A stretch of 64,000 nt of DNA, taken from positions 29,016,001 through 29,080,000 of the forward strand of contig OZ024758.1 in NCBI GenBank assembly GCA_964016885.1. The letters are read 5' to 3'. The notes beneath the pieces were generated by a model. That model saw only the letters and a list, made by a program, of their open reading frames with translations. It was not told where the DNA came from and searched no databases. Source of the stretch: Eledone cirrhosa (taxonomy: Eukaryota). This document shows, piece by piece, positions 1-13,565 of this stretch. The translations under genes were made by a program, and so were the position numbers. Every line of letters starts with the position of its first letter. Position 1 is the stretch's first letter.

Positions 1-726
1 TAGACTTCAATTTCTGTTGAGTAATATAGAATTTATTTGATTACTGATATTTCTCTATTAGATTTTAAAATATTTGGTATCTAATACTAAGTAAATTCAC
101 AAAAAAATGGCATCAAAAATAGTTTCCTTGTTCGAATCATGTTGAAAATATCATGTGAAGATATTAAGTGCATTGCCTTCATCTTTTTTATTATTTAATA
201 CAACTCCATTGTTCATTTTTATATGTGAAAAATAAATTCATTCAAATTTAGTGCTTAATATAGCAATAATCTTACAAGCATTATCAACAACATCTGCTTT
301 TCTTTGCTGGTTATAAGTTTGCAAATCTGCAGAACAAAGCTTAAGCTATTGTCAGATCTTCTGTGAGGCATAATCTACTTAATTTCAAATCTTTCTTAAC
401 CAACAGTTACATTTACAAATATTTCACTCTGTTTAAAATTCATTATTATTGTTTTTCTAGCATAGAGTTACGTCCCTTTATGATCTGAGTTCAAATCCCG
501 CCAAGGTTAACTTTGCCTTTCATCCTTACGGGGTCGATAAAATAAAGTACCAGTAATGTGCTGGGTAATTGCTGGCTTTATGCCTAAAGTAGAAACCATT
601 ATTATTGTTAACTTTGCCTTTCATCCTTACGGGGTCAATAAAATAAAGTACCAGTAATGCACTGGGTATTTGCTGGCCTTGTGCCAATAGTAGAAACAAT
701 TATTATTGTTATGGACGGTTTTCTAT

Positions 727-1180
727 TCAATACATGACTCTTTTTTCTGCTTGTATTTCTCCAACATTTGTAGCAAATTGTTGTCCATAATCAGAGAGGA
801 TGAGTAAAAGAATGTCATGTCCTCATTGTAGATGTTTTTGCATTCAAGAGCTACATCACTCGACATTGCACTTTTTATGCTTACATCATACTGTACAATC
901 TGCCCTTCACTTTGAGAGATAAACCCTTTGCTGCCAGCAGAGGTAATAGCTCCCTGAATTTTTCCCTTTCATTTCTTACTCTGGCAATTATGCTTTCAGA
1001 ACACCTATCTCCACTGCTAATTAGGTCACCTACTTAACAAAAGCTATCAAGTACTTCTAAGGAGTTATGAGAGCATTTGAAGGGGTCTTATTTCACATGT
1101 GCTCTTACTGCTAACTACCCCTGACATCTGCCACATACAAAGTCTACCTTGTCTATCAGCCTGACTCTGATCCCATATAA
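727..1180 (-). mobile_element. Degenerate RTE LINE fragment
   Basis: Reverse complement matches the LAAKGFSLKMKGRLY and YLGD..S..GG region of the RTE at about 60430-60700. Confidence 0.65.
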
Positions 1181-1613
1181 CATGTGTGTTTGTGTGTGTA
1201 TATATATGTATACACACACACAACAAATTTCAAATGTGGGGTTATAGTAAAAGATATTTTCACAGTAACATTAACAACATAGCCATGTCTTCATCTATGC
1301 TACAATGAAAAATACATATTTCACTGGCTACAGTAATAAAATGAACTTGACAAATAGGTTGGTGATAAACCCTATTTTGTCACATAATATACAAAATGTT
1401 TCACTCGTTGATTTTACTTAATATTTGAACTTCATTCATCTATGTATTCACACATGTGAAATAGTTATGTTTGTTTGGTTGTTTGTTCCCTTTTATATTC
1501 TGCTGACTAAGACCTACTGTTTTTCTATCTCATAACTTTGTTGTATTTATAATGCTGTGTGGGCCTTTTGCACAGTTCAACAAACCATTTTGAAAAGCTG
1601 GTTTTCAGTTTTT

Positions 1614-1854
1614 ATGGAGTATTTAATGTTTATTGTAAATAGGTGTTTTACCATGGAGTATTTAATGTTTATTGTAAATAGGTGTTTTACTATGGAGTAT
1701 TTAATGTTTATTGTAAATAGGTGTTTTACTATGGAGTATTTAATGTTTATTGTAAATAGGTGTTTTACTATGGAGTATTTAATGTTTATTGTAAATAGGT
1801 GTTTTACTATGGAGTATTTAATGTTTATTGTAAATAGGTGTTTTACTATGGAGT
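1614..1854. repeat. 39-bp minisatellite, about 6 copies
   Basis: Unit ATGGAGTATTTAATGTTTATTGTAAATAGGTGTTTTACT. Confidence 0.97.
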
Positions 1855-2639
1855 TATATATGACTATTCTTTAGAAAATCCATGTGAACATATCTCTCCA
1901 TCTATTATTTATCATTTCTACAAAATCTATTCATAAAACTGTTGGATCTCACAGTATTACAACCATTCAATCACTGAAATTACCTCCTGACTGAGTATTC
2001 CAGAGGCACTTTTACTCTTAATCCTCAGACATTCAATGTAAGACAGTGTGTGACAAGGGTCAGTTCTTTGAATTACAGGTACAATCCATCAAATAGGCTT
2101 TCATATTGTTACAGTGTATTACACTCAGAAAGTTTGGGTCTACCTAAGGTTGTGGTAAAAGACACTTGCACACCATGTTAGGCAGTGGGACCAAACCCAA
2201 GTACTTAGGTTTATAAAGCAATCTTCTTAACCACCACAAGCTATACCTGCACATTTATTCAAACATGTTAAGATTTTTAAAAAATTGTTTTATTCCTGAA
2301 TTTAACCCTTTAGCATTTAAACTGGCCATATCCAGCCAGAATTCTCTCACCTATTTCTGTTGAAACCAGCCATAACTGGTCACTCATACTTATGTTAAGG
2401 TAGTTTTCTCAAAATAGATATCAAAATCTCAGATTCAATATTCTGTGAGATAAAACCCTTACCGTGAAAATACAATAGTATATATAATGTAAATAGTAAA
2501 GGGTTAAACAAAGAACTCATACTTAGCCATTTAATTATGCCTGCTGCCATAAAACTTATAAACGCAGGTGCATATGTTTTTGCTTTATACTGCATAGGTT
2601 TCTGTTACTATGTAAAAAGTCTGTCTTGAACCTGAGACT

Positions 2640-2897
2640 CATCAGGCAGGTACTTATCCTCATTTCTGTAGTGTGAAGCGACAGAGTACAAGACCTCCCC
2701 CTGGACAGGACGTCAGTCCATTGCAGAGTTAAACCCCCCAGCTATTGCTGGTTCTCGTTTTCTGCTGAGTGTATTGGAGCAACAGGAAATGAAGTGTTTT
2801 TCTCAAGAACATGATACACAAACACAACCCAGTCCAGGATTCAAACCTACGACATTATGATCGTAAGTCCAACACCCTTACCACTAGACCATGTACC
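2640..2897 (-). mobile_element. tRNA-derived CORE-type SINE whose 5' end seeds the 42-bp array
   Basis: Minus strand: A-box TGGTCTAGTGG, B-box GGTTTGAATCC (2837-2847), CORE-like TTCTTGAGAAAAACACTTCATTTC...; same family as 18017-18285. Confidence 0.75.
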
Positions 2898-5800
2898 TAC
2901 GTTTGTCAGTCCAACACCCTCACCACTAGGCCATGTACCTATGTTTGTCAGTCAACACCCTCACCACTAGGCCATGTACCTATGTATGTCAGTCAACACC
3001 CTCACCACTAGGCCATGTACCTACGTTTGTCAGTCCAACACCCTCACCACTAGGCCATGTACCTATGTATGTCAGTCCAACACCCTCACCACTAGGCCAT
3101 GTACCTATGTATGTCAGTCCAACTCCTTCACCACTAGGCCATGTACCTATGTTTGTCAGTCAACACCCTCACCACCAGGCCATGTACCTACGTTTGTCAG
3201 TCTAACACCCTCACCACTAGGCCATGTACTTATGTATGTCAGTCCAACACCCTCACCACTAGGCCATGTACCTATGTATGTCAGTCCAACACCCTCACCA
3301 CCAGGCCATGTACCTATGTTTGTCAGTCAACACCCTCACCACCAGGCCATGTACCTACGTTTGTCAGTCCAACACCCTCACCACCAGGCCATGTACCTAT
3401 GTATGTCAGTCCAACACCCTCACCACCAGGCCATGTACCTACGTTTGTCAGTCCAACACCCTCACCACCAGGCCATGTACCTACGTTTGTCAGTCCAACA
3501 CCCTCACCACCAGGCCATGTACCTACGTTTGTCAGTCCAACACCCTCACCACCAGGCCATGTACCTACGTTTGTCAGTCCAACACCCTCACCACCAGGCC
3601 ATGTACCTATGTATGTCAGTCCAACACCCTCACCACCAGGCCATGTACCTACGTTCGTCAGTCTAACACCCTCACCACTAGGCCATGTACCTACGTATGT
3701 CAGTCTAACACCCTCACCACTAGGCCATGTACCTACGTATGTCAGTCTAACACCCTCACCACTAGGCCATGTACCTATGTCAGTCCAACACCCTCACCAC
3801 CAGGCCATGTACCTATGTTTGTCAGTCCAACACCCTCCACACTAGGCCATGTACCTATGTATGTCAGTCCAACACCCTCACCACTAGGCCATGTACCTAT
3901 GTATGTCAGTCCAACACCCTCACCACTAGGCCATGTACCTATGTATGTCAGTCCAACACCCTCACCACCAGGCCATGTACCTATGTATGTCAGTCCAACA
4001 CCCTCACCACTAGGCCATGTACCTATGTTTGTCAGTCCAACACCCTCACCACCAGGCCATGTACCTATGTTTGTCAGTCCAACACCCTCACCACCAGGCC
4101 ATGTACCTATGTTTGTCAGTCCAACACCCTCCACACTAGGCCATGTACCTATGTATGTCAGTCCAACACCCTCACCACTAGGCCATGTACCTATGTATGT
4201 CAGTCCAACACCCTCACCACTAGGCCATGTACCTATGTATGTCAGTCCAACACCCTCACCACCAGGCCATGTACCTATGTATGTCAGTCCAACACCCTCA
4301 CCACTAGGCCATGTACCTATGTTTGTCAGTCCAACACCCTCACCACCAGGCCATGTACCTATGTTTGTCAGTCCAACACCCTCACCACCAGGCCATGTAC
4401 CTATGTTTGTCAGTCCAACACCCTCCACACTAGGCCATGTACCTATGTATGTCAGTCCAACACCCTCACCACTAGGCCATGTACCTATGTATGTCAGTCC
4501 AACACCCTCACCACCAGGCCATGTACCTATGTCATTCCAACACCCTCACCACTAGGCCATGTACCTATGTTTGTCAGTCCAACACCCTCACCACTAGGCC
4601 ATGTATGTCAGTCCAACACCCTCACCACTAGGCCATGTACCTATGTATGTCAGTCCAACACCCTCACCACTAGGCCATGTACCTATGTTTGTCAGTCCAA
4701 CACCCTCACCACCAGGCCATGTACCTATGTTTGTCAGTCCAACCCTCACCACTAGGCCATGTACCTACGTTTGTCAGTCCAACACCCTCACCACCAGGCC
4801 ATGTACCTATGTATGTCAGTCCAACACCCTCACCACTAGGCCATGTACCTATGTTTGTCAGTCCAACACCCTCACCACTAGGCCATGTACCTATGTATGT
4901 CAGTCCAACACCCTCACCACTAGGCCATGTACCTATGTATGTCAGTCCAACACCCTCACCACTAGGCCATGTACCTATGTATGTCAGTCCAACACCCTCA
5001 CCACTAGGCCATGTACCTATGTATGTCAGTCCAACACCCTCACCACTAGGCCATGTACCTATGTATGTCAGTCCAACACCCTCACCACTAGGCCATGTAC
5101 CTATGTATGTCAGTCCAACACCCTCACCACTAGGCCATGTATGTCAGTCCAACACCCTCACCACTAGGCCATGTATGTCAGTCCAACACCCTCACCACTA
5201 GGCCATGTACCTATGTATGTCAGTCCAACACCCTCACCACTAGGCCATGTACCTATGTATGTCAGTCCAACACCCTCACCACTAGGCCATGTATGTCAGT
5301 CCAACACCCTCACCACTAGGCCATGTACCTATGTATGTCAGTCCAACACCCTCACCACTAGGCCATGTACCTATGTATGTCAGTCCAACACCCTCACCAC
5401 TAGGCCATGTACCTATGTATGTCAGTCCAACACCCTCACCACTAGGCCATGTATGTCAGTCCAACACCCTCACCACTAGGCCATGTATGTCAGTCCAACA
5501 CCCTCACCACTAGGCCATGTACCTATGTATGTCAGTCCAACACCCTCACCACTAGGCCATGTACCTATGTATGTCAGTCCAACACCCTCACCACCAGGCC
5601 ATGTACCTATGTATGTCAGTCCAACACCCTCACCACTAGGCCATGTACCTATGTCAGTCCAACACCCTCACCACTAGGCCATGTATGTCAGTCCAACACC
5701 CTCACCACTAGGCCATGTACCTATGTATGTCAGTCCAACACCCTCACCACTAGGCCATGTACCTATGTATGTCAGTCCAACACCCTCACCACCAGGCCAT

Positions 5801-7697
5801 GTACCTATGTATGTCAGTCCAACACCCTCACCACCAGGCCATGTACCTATTTATGTCAGTCCAACACCCTCACCACTAGGCCATGTACCTACGTTTGTCA
5901 GTCCAACTCCTTCACCACTAGGCCATGTACCTATGTATGTCAGTCCAACGTCCTCACCACTAGGCCATGTACCTATGTATGTCAGTCCAACACCCTCACC
6001 ACCAGGCCATGTACCTATGTTTGTCAGTCCAACCCTCACCACTAGGCCATGTACCTACGTTTGTCAGTCCAACACCCTCACCACCAGGCCATGTACCTAT
6101 GTATGTCAGTCCAACACCCTCACCACTAGGCCATGTACCTATGTTTGTCAGTCCAACACCCTCACCACTAGACCATGTACCTATGTATGTCAGTCCAACA
6201 CCCTCACCACTAGGCCATGTACCTATGTTTGTCAGTCCAACCCTCACCACTAGGCCATGTACCTATGTATGTCAGTCCAACACCCTCACCACCAGGCCAT
6301 GTACCTATGTTTGTCAGTCCAACACCCTCACCACCAGGCCATGTACCTATGTCATTCCAACACCCTCACCACTAGGCCATGTACCTATGTTTGTCAGTCC
6401 AACACCCTCACCACTAGGCCATGTATGTCAGTCCAACACCCTCACCACTAGGCCATGTACCTATGTATGTCAGTCCAACACCCTCACCACTAGGCCATGT
6501 ACCTATGTATGTCAGTCCAACACCCTCACCACCTGGCCATGTACCTATGTATGTCAGTCCAACACCCTCACCACTAGGCCATGTATGTCAGTCCAACACC
6601 CTCACCACTAGGCCATGTACCTATGTATGTCAGTCCAACACCCTCACCACTAGGCCATGTATGTCAGTCCAACACCCTCACCACTAGGCCATGTACCTAT
6701 GTTTGTCAGTCCAACACCCTCACCACTAGGCCATGTACCTATGTATGTCAGTCCAACACCCTCACCACTAGGCCATGTACCTATGTATGTCAGTCCAACA
6801 CCCTCACCACTAGGCCATGTATGTCAGTCCAACACCCTCACCACTAGGCCATGTACCTATGTTTGTCAGTCCAACACCCTCACTACTAGACCATGTACCT
6901 ATGTATGTCAGTCCAACACCCTCACCACTAGGCCATGTACCTATGTATGTCAGTCCAACACCCTCACCACTAGGCCATGTACCTATGTATGTCAGTCCAA
7001 CACCCTCACCACTAGGCCATGTATGTCAGTCCAACACCCTCACCACTAGGCCATGTACCTATGTTTGTCAGTCCAACACCCTCACTACTAGACCATGTAC
7101 CTATGTATGTCAGTCCAACACCCTCACCACTAGGCCATGTACCTATGTATGTCAGTCCAACACCCTCACCACTAGGCCATGTACCTATGTATGTCAGTCC
7201 AACACCCTCACCACTAGGCCATGTATGTCAGTCCAACACCCTCACCACTAGGCCATGTACCTATGTTTGTCAGTCCAACACCCTCACTACTAGACCATGT
7301 ACCTATGTATGTCAGTCCAACACCCTCACCACTAGGCCATGTACCTATGTATGTCAGTCCAACACCCTCACCACTAGGCCATGTACCTATGTATGTCAGT
7401 CCAACACCCTCACCACTAGGCCATGTACCTATGTATGTCAGTCCAACACCCTCACCACTAGGCCATGTACCTATGTATGTCAGTCCAACACCCTCACTAC
7501 TAGACCATGTACCTATGTATGTCAGTCCAACACCCTCACCACTAGGCCATGTACCTATGTATGTCAGTCCAACACCCTCACCACTAGGCCATGTACCTAT
7601 GTTTGTCAGTCCAACACCCTCACCACTAGGCCATGTACCTATGTATGTCAGTCCAACACCCTCACCACTAGGCCATGTACCTATGTATGTCAGTCAG
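2866..7697. repeat. 42-bp minisatellite, about 115 copies (GTCAGTCCAACACCCTCACCACTAGGCCATGTACCTATGTAT)
   Basis: Direct tandem array with 34-, 38- and 40-bp deletion variants and higher-order periodicity. Confidence 0.98.
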
Positions 7698-8407
7698 TAA
7701 AGTTACATATTTCATGTCCAATCAGCCAAAACTTGTTCCAGTCTAACATTGTCTGTTTACTGTTTCTTTGCTTGGTTCTGGAGACAGGTGCCATGCTTTT
7801 AGAAACTGATTATACTAACTAGTCTATCAGAACACAACATACATACACTCACACCTACATGTCAAGGTATTATAAACATCAAGTCATACATTGAGCATCT
7901 AATTACATGTTAATGGATTTAAAATGTTTCGCTACTTGGATTGTGCCCAAACAAGATAAAGCACGTTGTTCTGTTTACTTTAACCTGCTTCTCTGAAAAC
8001 TAGACATTCCCCATCATTTGTGTATTTAAGATGCTTGGTATATCTCACTATCTCCTCTTTATATTCTAGTTGGAGAACTGCCTTTTTTGTTTTGTTTTGT
8101 TTTTTTTTTAGTTTTTTTGCGTGTGTGTGTTCCTCATCCTGCAGTTTTAGATAGGTTTTGAAAGAAATTAAGATAGTGCTGAGGAAACAAGACATGTAAA
8201 TGTAAAGCCCACTTTTTTGCTGAAACATAGTACTGCCAGCAATGACTCCATGTTTCATAGTTGAGAAGTTTATTTTGTTCATTGAGCAGAAAGAATGGAA
8301 TGTAAAATATGAAAATATATATTTTTTTAAATGGAAAAGGAAGAGAAAGGCAAGGGCTCTAGTGTCACAGAAGAATGGGGAGGGGTAAGGTGAGGGTGAT
8401 TGGGCTC

Positions 8408-8521
8408 TGGCTCTAGGTTGTGGCAATAATGGGTTGGTGCCCCCAACAGCGACTCCAGTAGTGGGTGTTGCTAGCCATTGGCCGTGGGACACCAACCCAT
8501 TATTGCCACAACCTAGGGCCA
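8408..8521. repeat. 36-bp inverted repeat (2 mismatches) with 42-nt spacer
   Basis: TGGCTCTAGGTTGTGGCAATAATGGGTTGGTGCCCC (8408-8443) versus 8486-8521. Confidence 0.9.
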
Positions 8522-9748
8522 TCCTTTCTCAGATGGACCGCCGGCATTCCATTCTTGCAGAGGAATTCGGCAGCAAGGGGTCCAAGTATGCCAGAGGACT
8601 GCAACCAGTGCGAAGAAGAAGCGGTCGGACAATCCCCAGTATTTGTTTAGCTTTAAAATGCTGCCCAATAACATGCTAATATCAAATTTAAAACAAAAAC
8701 AACAAAAAAAAATGCAGTTTAGTTTACATGAAACCTAGTGAAATAAGTGGTTAGGGTTGTTTTGGGAATGCAAGGTAGAAATACAGGAGTGAAAACTAAA
8801 GGAAACAAAACAACAGTTGTCACCTTTACCATATGTTTCATAATAACCCTTTTTGACACCAAACTGCATGAAACTGCCCCTGGATGTATGATATAAAGTT
8901 GTTTATTTTAAAGTGTTTACATTTATCTAACAACTTTCCATCATAATTTTGTGTAAGAACATATTTGTTATGTTCTAAACACTAGCTTAACCTTTTAGCA
9001 TTTACATTACTCTGTATTATTATATTTTCACAGTGAAGGCTTTATCTCACATAATATTGAATGTATGAGATTTTGATATTATTTTGAGAACAATACCTTA
9101 ATGTCAGTATGAGCGGCCGATTATGACCAGTTTGAACAGAAAGAGGGGAGAGAATTCTGGCCAGATACGGCTGGTTTAAATACTAAAGGGTTAATAATTA
9201 CTATAGGCACAAGGCCAGCAATTTGGGGGAAGGGGGAAGTCGATTAAATTGACCCCAGTGCATTACTGGTACTTTAATTTATTAACCCCATAAGGATGAA
9301 AGGCAAAGCTAACCTCAGCGAGATTTGAATTCGGATTGTAAACGGGTGTAACTCTATGCTGCGGAGCATGGTGTCTGATGCTCTATCGATACTGCCAATC
9401 CACCACCCTAATAATGGGCAGTATCGGTAGAGGGTCGGACGCCATGCTTTGACGCATAGTTACGGCCCTTGCCATTCTGAGTTTGAATCCCGCCGAGGTT
9501 AACTTTGCCTTTCATCCTTACGGAGTCGATAAAATAAAGTACCAGTAATACACTGGGTAGTTGCTGGCCTTGTGCCAAAATGTAGAAACAATTATATTAT
9601 TAAGTTCCTCCAAATTCTTGATTATTTTCAAAATTATTTGAAAATTATTGGCAATGTCTTTCATTAGAAATATGGTTAATGAAAGAGTTAAATGACTACT
9701 GCCATAATTCTTATAGGAATTATTGCAAAATCCTTTTATCATATAATG

Positions 9749-9988
9749 CAGAGGTTCCCAACCACTGGTCCTTGGGTCATTTGCTACTTGTTTAAAATTA
9801 TAAAATAGATAAATTGAATATTGGACTTTAATTTAAAAAGATTTGTTTAAATGTTCAATACTCATGTACTTTAATAAATTGCTCTCTTTATCGAAATGCA
9901 CTTAATAACATATGTGCAACTACCAGTCTGCGGAAAGATTGTCTGACATGAAGCTGGTCCGTGGTATAATAAAGGTTGGAGTGCACTA
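9749..9988. mobile_element. hAT-type MITE
   Basis: Imperfect TIR CAGAGGTTCCCAACC / GGTTGGAGTGCACTA; 8-bp TSD ATATAATG (9741-9748) / CTATAATG (9989-9996). Confidence 0.65.
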
Positions 9989-10783
9989 CTATAATGGACA
10001 GAAATGTTGGAGTGCACTACTATAATGGACAGAAATGTTGGAGTGCACTACTATAATGGACAGAAATGTTGGAGTGCACTACTATAATGGACAGAAATGC
10101 TGGAGTGCACTACTATAATGGACAGAAATGTTGGAGTGCACTACTATAATGGACAGAAATGTTGGAGTGCACTACTATAATGGACAGAAATGTTGGAGTG
10201 CACTACTATAATGGACAGAAATGTTGGAGTGCACTACTATAATGGACAGAAATGCTGGAGTGCACTACTATAATGGACAGAAATGTTGGAGTGCACTACT
10301 ATAATGGACAGAAATGTTGGAGTGCACTACTATAATGGACAGAAATGTTGGAGTGCACTACTATAATGGACAGAAATGTTGGAGTGCACTACTATAATGG
10401 ACAGAAATGCTGGAGTGCACTACTATAATGGACAGAAATGTTGGAGTGCACTACTATAATGGACAGAAATGTTGGAGTGCACTACTATAATGGACAGAAA
10501 TGTTGGAGTGCACTACTATAATGGACAGAAATGTTGGAGTGCACTACTATAATGGACAGAAATGTTGGAGTGCACTACTATAATGGACAGAAATGTTGGA
10601 GTGCACTACTATAATGGACAGAAATGTTGAAGTGCACTACTATAATGGACAGAAATGTTGAAGTGCACTACTATAATGGACAGAAATGTTGAAGTGCACT
10701 ACTATAATGGACAGAAATGTTGAAGTGCACTACTATAATGGACAGAAATGTTGAAGTGCACTACTATAATGGACAGAAATGTT
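9975..10783. repeat. 31-bp minisatellite, about 26 copies
   Basis: Unit GTTGGAGTGCACTACTATAATGGACAGAAAT; the last 5 units carry GTTGAAG. Confidence 0.98.
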
Positions 10784-10880
10784 TTTCCTAACATCTACCC
10801 ACTTTTTCTAATAGAAATATGCTTAGCCCACTCCTCTGTTACCATCCAACTCACTTATGCCTCTCTGTTCCTTTTTGACT

Positions 10881-11019
10881 AGTAGGTCAGTGAATACTGT
10901 AGTAGGTCAGTGAATACTGTAGTAGGTCAGTGAATACTGTAGTAGGTCAGTGAATACTGTAGTAGGTCAGTGAATACTGTAGTAGGTCAGTGAATACTGT
11001 AGTAGGTCAGTGAATACTG
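10881..11019. repeat. 20-bp minisatellite, 7 copies
   Basis: Unit AGTAGGTCAGTGAATACTGT. Confidence 0.97.
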
Positions 11020-11257
11020 CACACATGTACATGTAAAAGACACAAATCTTCGTCATCGTCGTCTTTACGGCTATTTTTCCATGCTAGCCTTGGTCGAACG
11101 AAACATTTTTGATGCAGTGTTCTATTGGCCAGATACCATTCTTGATGCTAACATGTAGTGTAGAGCACAGGATCGAATGTAAGATGCAGGCCCCCACCTC
11201 ATCAGGGGCCAGTATTCCTTGCTAGCAGAGAAAACCCCTGTTAAATGATGGTTATAT

Positions 11258-11292
<35 letters not shown>

Positions 11293-13377
11293 CATGCTGT
11301 AAAGTGATTGATGATAAGGGGGGCATCTAGCGGTAGAAAGCTTGTCAAAAAAAAGGTTGGGAGCACCCTCCAGTTGTCAAATACATGACAACTTCTCTAG
11401 TGTTGGTGCCACGATAAAATGCACTGGGTAGAACGCAGAATCATATGTAAACAAGATGCGGACCCCCAGCCTGTCTTGGTGGTCAATGGCTCCGCTTCAG
11501 TACAGACTCGGTATGTGAAGACCTGTCAAACCCTTGCTAACAGGGAAAGGGAACATTAGATGATGATGATGATATACATATACATGACAGATTTCATACA
11601 GTTTTTGTCTACCAGATTCATTCACAAAGCTTTGGTCAGTCCAAGGTGGCATGCAGTGGGATCAAACCCCAAATCACACAGTTGTGAAGTGCACTTCTTA
11701 ACCACTTAGCCAAGCCTGTACCTAATAAACAGTAAAAAAAAAAATTATAATAAATTTAAAATAATTTTCTTAATGTCTGGTTCTCTAATTTTCTGGCATC
11801 GTATCAAAGTTCATATGATACCAATAAATGACAGTGAAGCAATTTGAAGTCCTTAGAAAATGTAGATAAATTTGTTTCATGTGCAGTTTACATGTATCAT
11901 ATTTTCTCCATGCCTAGAGTTCAGATATACTAGTTACATGTTCCTGTAGCTTCATTTCACCTTTTATGGCATAAAGAAATAGTATCTTTAGTATTGTAAT
12001 ATAGCCTGGCCCAGATGTTGACAGAATTTTATTGGTTACTAATTACTGTAAACTTGCAAAAGGAACTCTTCTAAATAATCAGTCTATGATGCTTACATTC
12101 AGCTGATTTTATGCAATGGTGTTGTAATGTTCAATCCTAACTGTGTAATTATCTGTTTAGTACTAGTCCCTTATACTAGTAAATTTTCTTGCAAATAAAA
12201 CCCTTTCTAACTATTTCACTATTTCTTTTACTGTTTACTGGATATTAAGTAGTTACTATTTTGATGGAATAATATTACAAGTTTGTCCCAGACTTGGAAA
12301 ATCACTAGGCCAGAGCTTATCTCTGTTTCATTGGCAAGTGACAGAGAATAAGACCCCTCCTGGATGGAATGCAAGTTTGTTGCAGAATTAGCCTGCTGCT
12401 GGCACTCAGTTTAAACTGAGTAGACTGGAACAGTGTGAAGTGAAGTATTTTGATCATGAACATATGCCATTCAGTCCCTGAATCAAACCTACAACATTGC
12501 AATCATGAGCCCAACACTCTTAACCACTAGGGCACATACCCTCTCTTGTAAGAACACGATATGTCATTTTATTTCTTTTCCCAAAGTTATTATCATGAGG
12601 CATTGAGTTAGCAAATGTATTAATATGCCAGATAGAATACTTTGTGGTATTTATTCTGCTTCTCAACTCATTCAGTTCAGTCTCACTAATGTCAACTTCG
12701 CCTTTCATCCTTTTGGACTTGATAAAGTACCAGTTTAATACTGGGGTTGATGATTTTTCATCTCTATCTCTCAGAAATCAGTTGTGTTCAGACCTGAAGA
12801 GGGTTGAGCTTCACCAGACTCACAATGAATGCCCAGGACATGACCCATCAGAGGTTGATGAGCAAAGTCACATGAGTGAAATTAGAAATGATCGTCTTGG
12901 CTTCCCAGGAGCTTTCTTTTACTCTTTAGGGCTTATGACAATGGAGGTAGATATGTTGATTGCAATAGAAGCTATAAGTTTTGAGAATTCTTGAAAATTA
13001 AGTGCCTGTCAACATTGCTGGATTTACCATTGTGCTTAGGTGTGCCAGGGGCCCCCATATTTCTGCCAAAAAAATATTTTACAATGAACTTTCAAATGTT
13101 TGGGGCCTCATAACTTAACTAGCACAGGGCCTCATTTGTCCTAAATGCTGCACTGCCTGTCAGATTAACTCTTAAAATCCTGTAATGATTTAGAGAATAT
13201 CTTAAAACTGGTTTGTTTATATTATCTTTGCTACTAGACAGATTGCTATGAAAATTTGCAGTATCAGAATAAAAACATTGTGATAGTCCCTTTTTGTACT
13301 TCTCAAGAATGTTACTAATGTGGTTTCATACAGAACAGGATATTAAGCAGTCTCTAAAATTCAAAATTTACAATACA

Positions 13378-13565
13378 TACCATATATACCCGAATATAAG
13401 CCAACCCCTACTGTTTTGTGTTTGAGAAATGGGTGAAAATCCAAACCTTATTTGTGTAGAATTTGAAGTTGGTGAAAATCATCAAAATATTGACCCTGGA
13501 TCATCGATTTTTTTTTTTTTGTGGGGTCACAATATTCCTTAGCTTATATTCAAGTATATACAGTA
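13378..13565. mobile_element. TcMar-type MITE (TA target)
   Basis: TACCATATATACCCGAATATAAGC / GCTTATATTCAAGTATATACAGTA imperfect TIRs. Confidence 0.65.

Noticed and set aside
1557-1874. 105-aa ORF (MEYLMFIVNRCFT)n
   Set aside because: Translation of the 39-bp minisatellite.
2811-7822. Long repetitive ORFs (VSPTPSPLGHVPMY)n, (CQSNTLTTRPCTYV)n, (GTWPSGEGVGLTYI)n resembling mucin or structural proteins
   Set aside because: By-products of a 42-bp unit with few stops; frequent 34/38/40-bp units shift the frame, and the unit derives from a SINE head.
9975-10783. CRISPR-like 31-bp repeats
   Set aside because: No unique spacers, no cas genes, eukaryotic context; also true of the other arrays.
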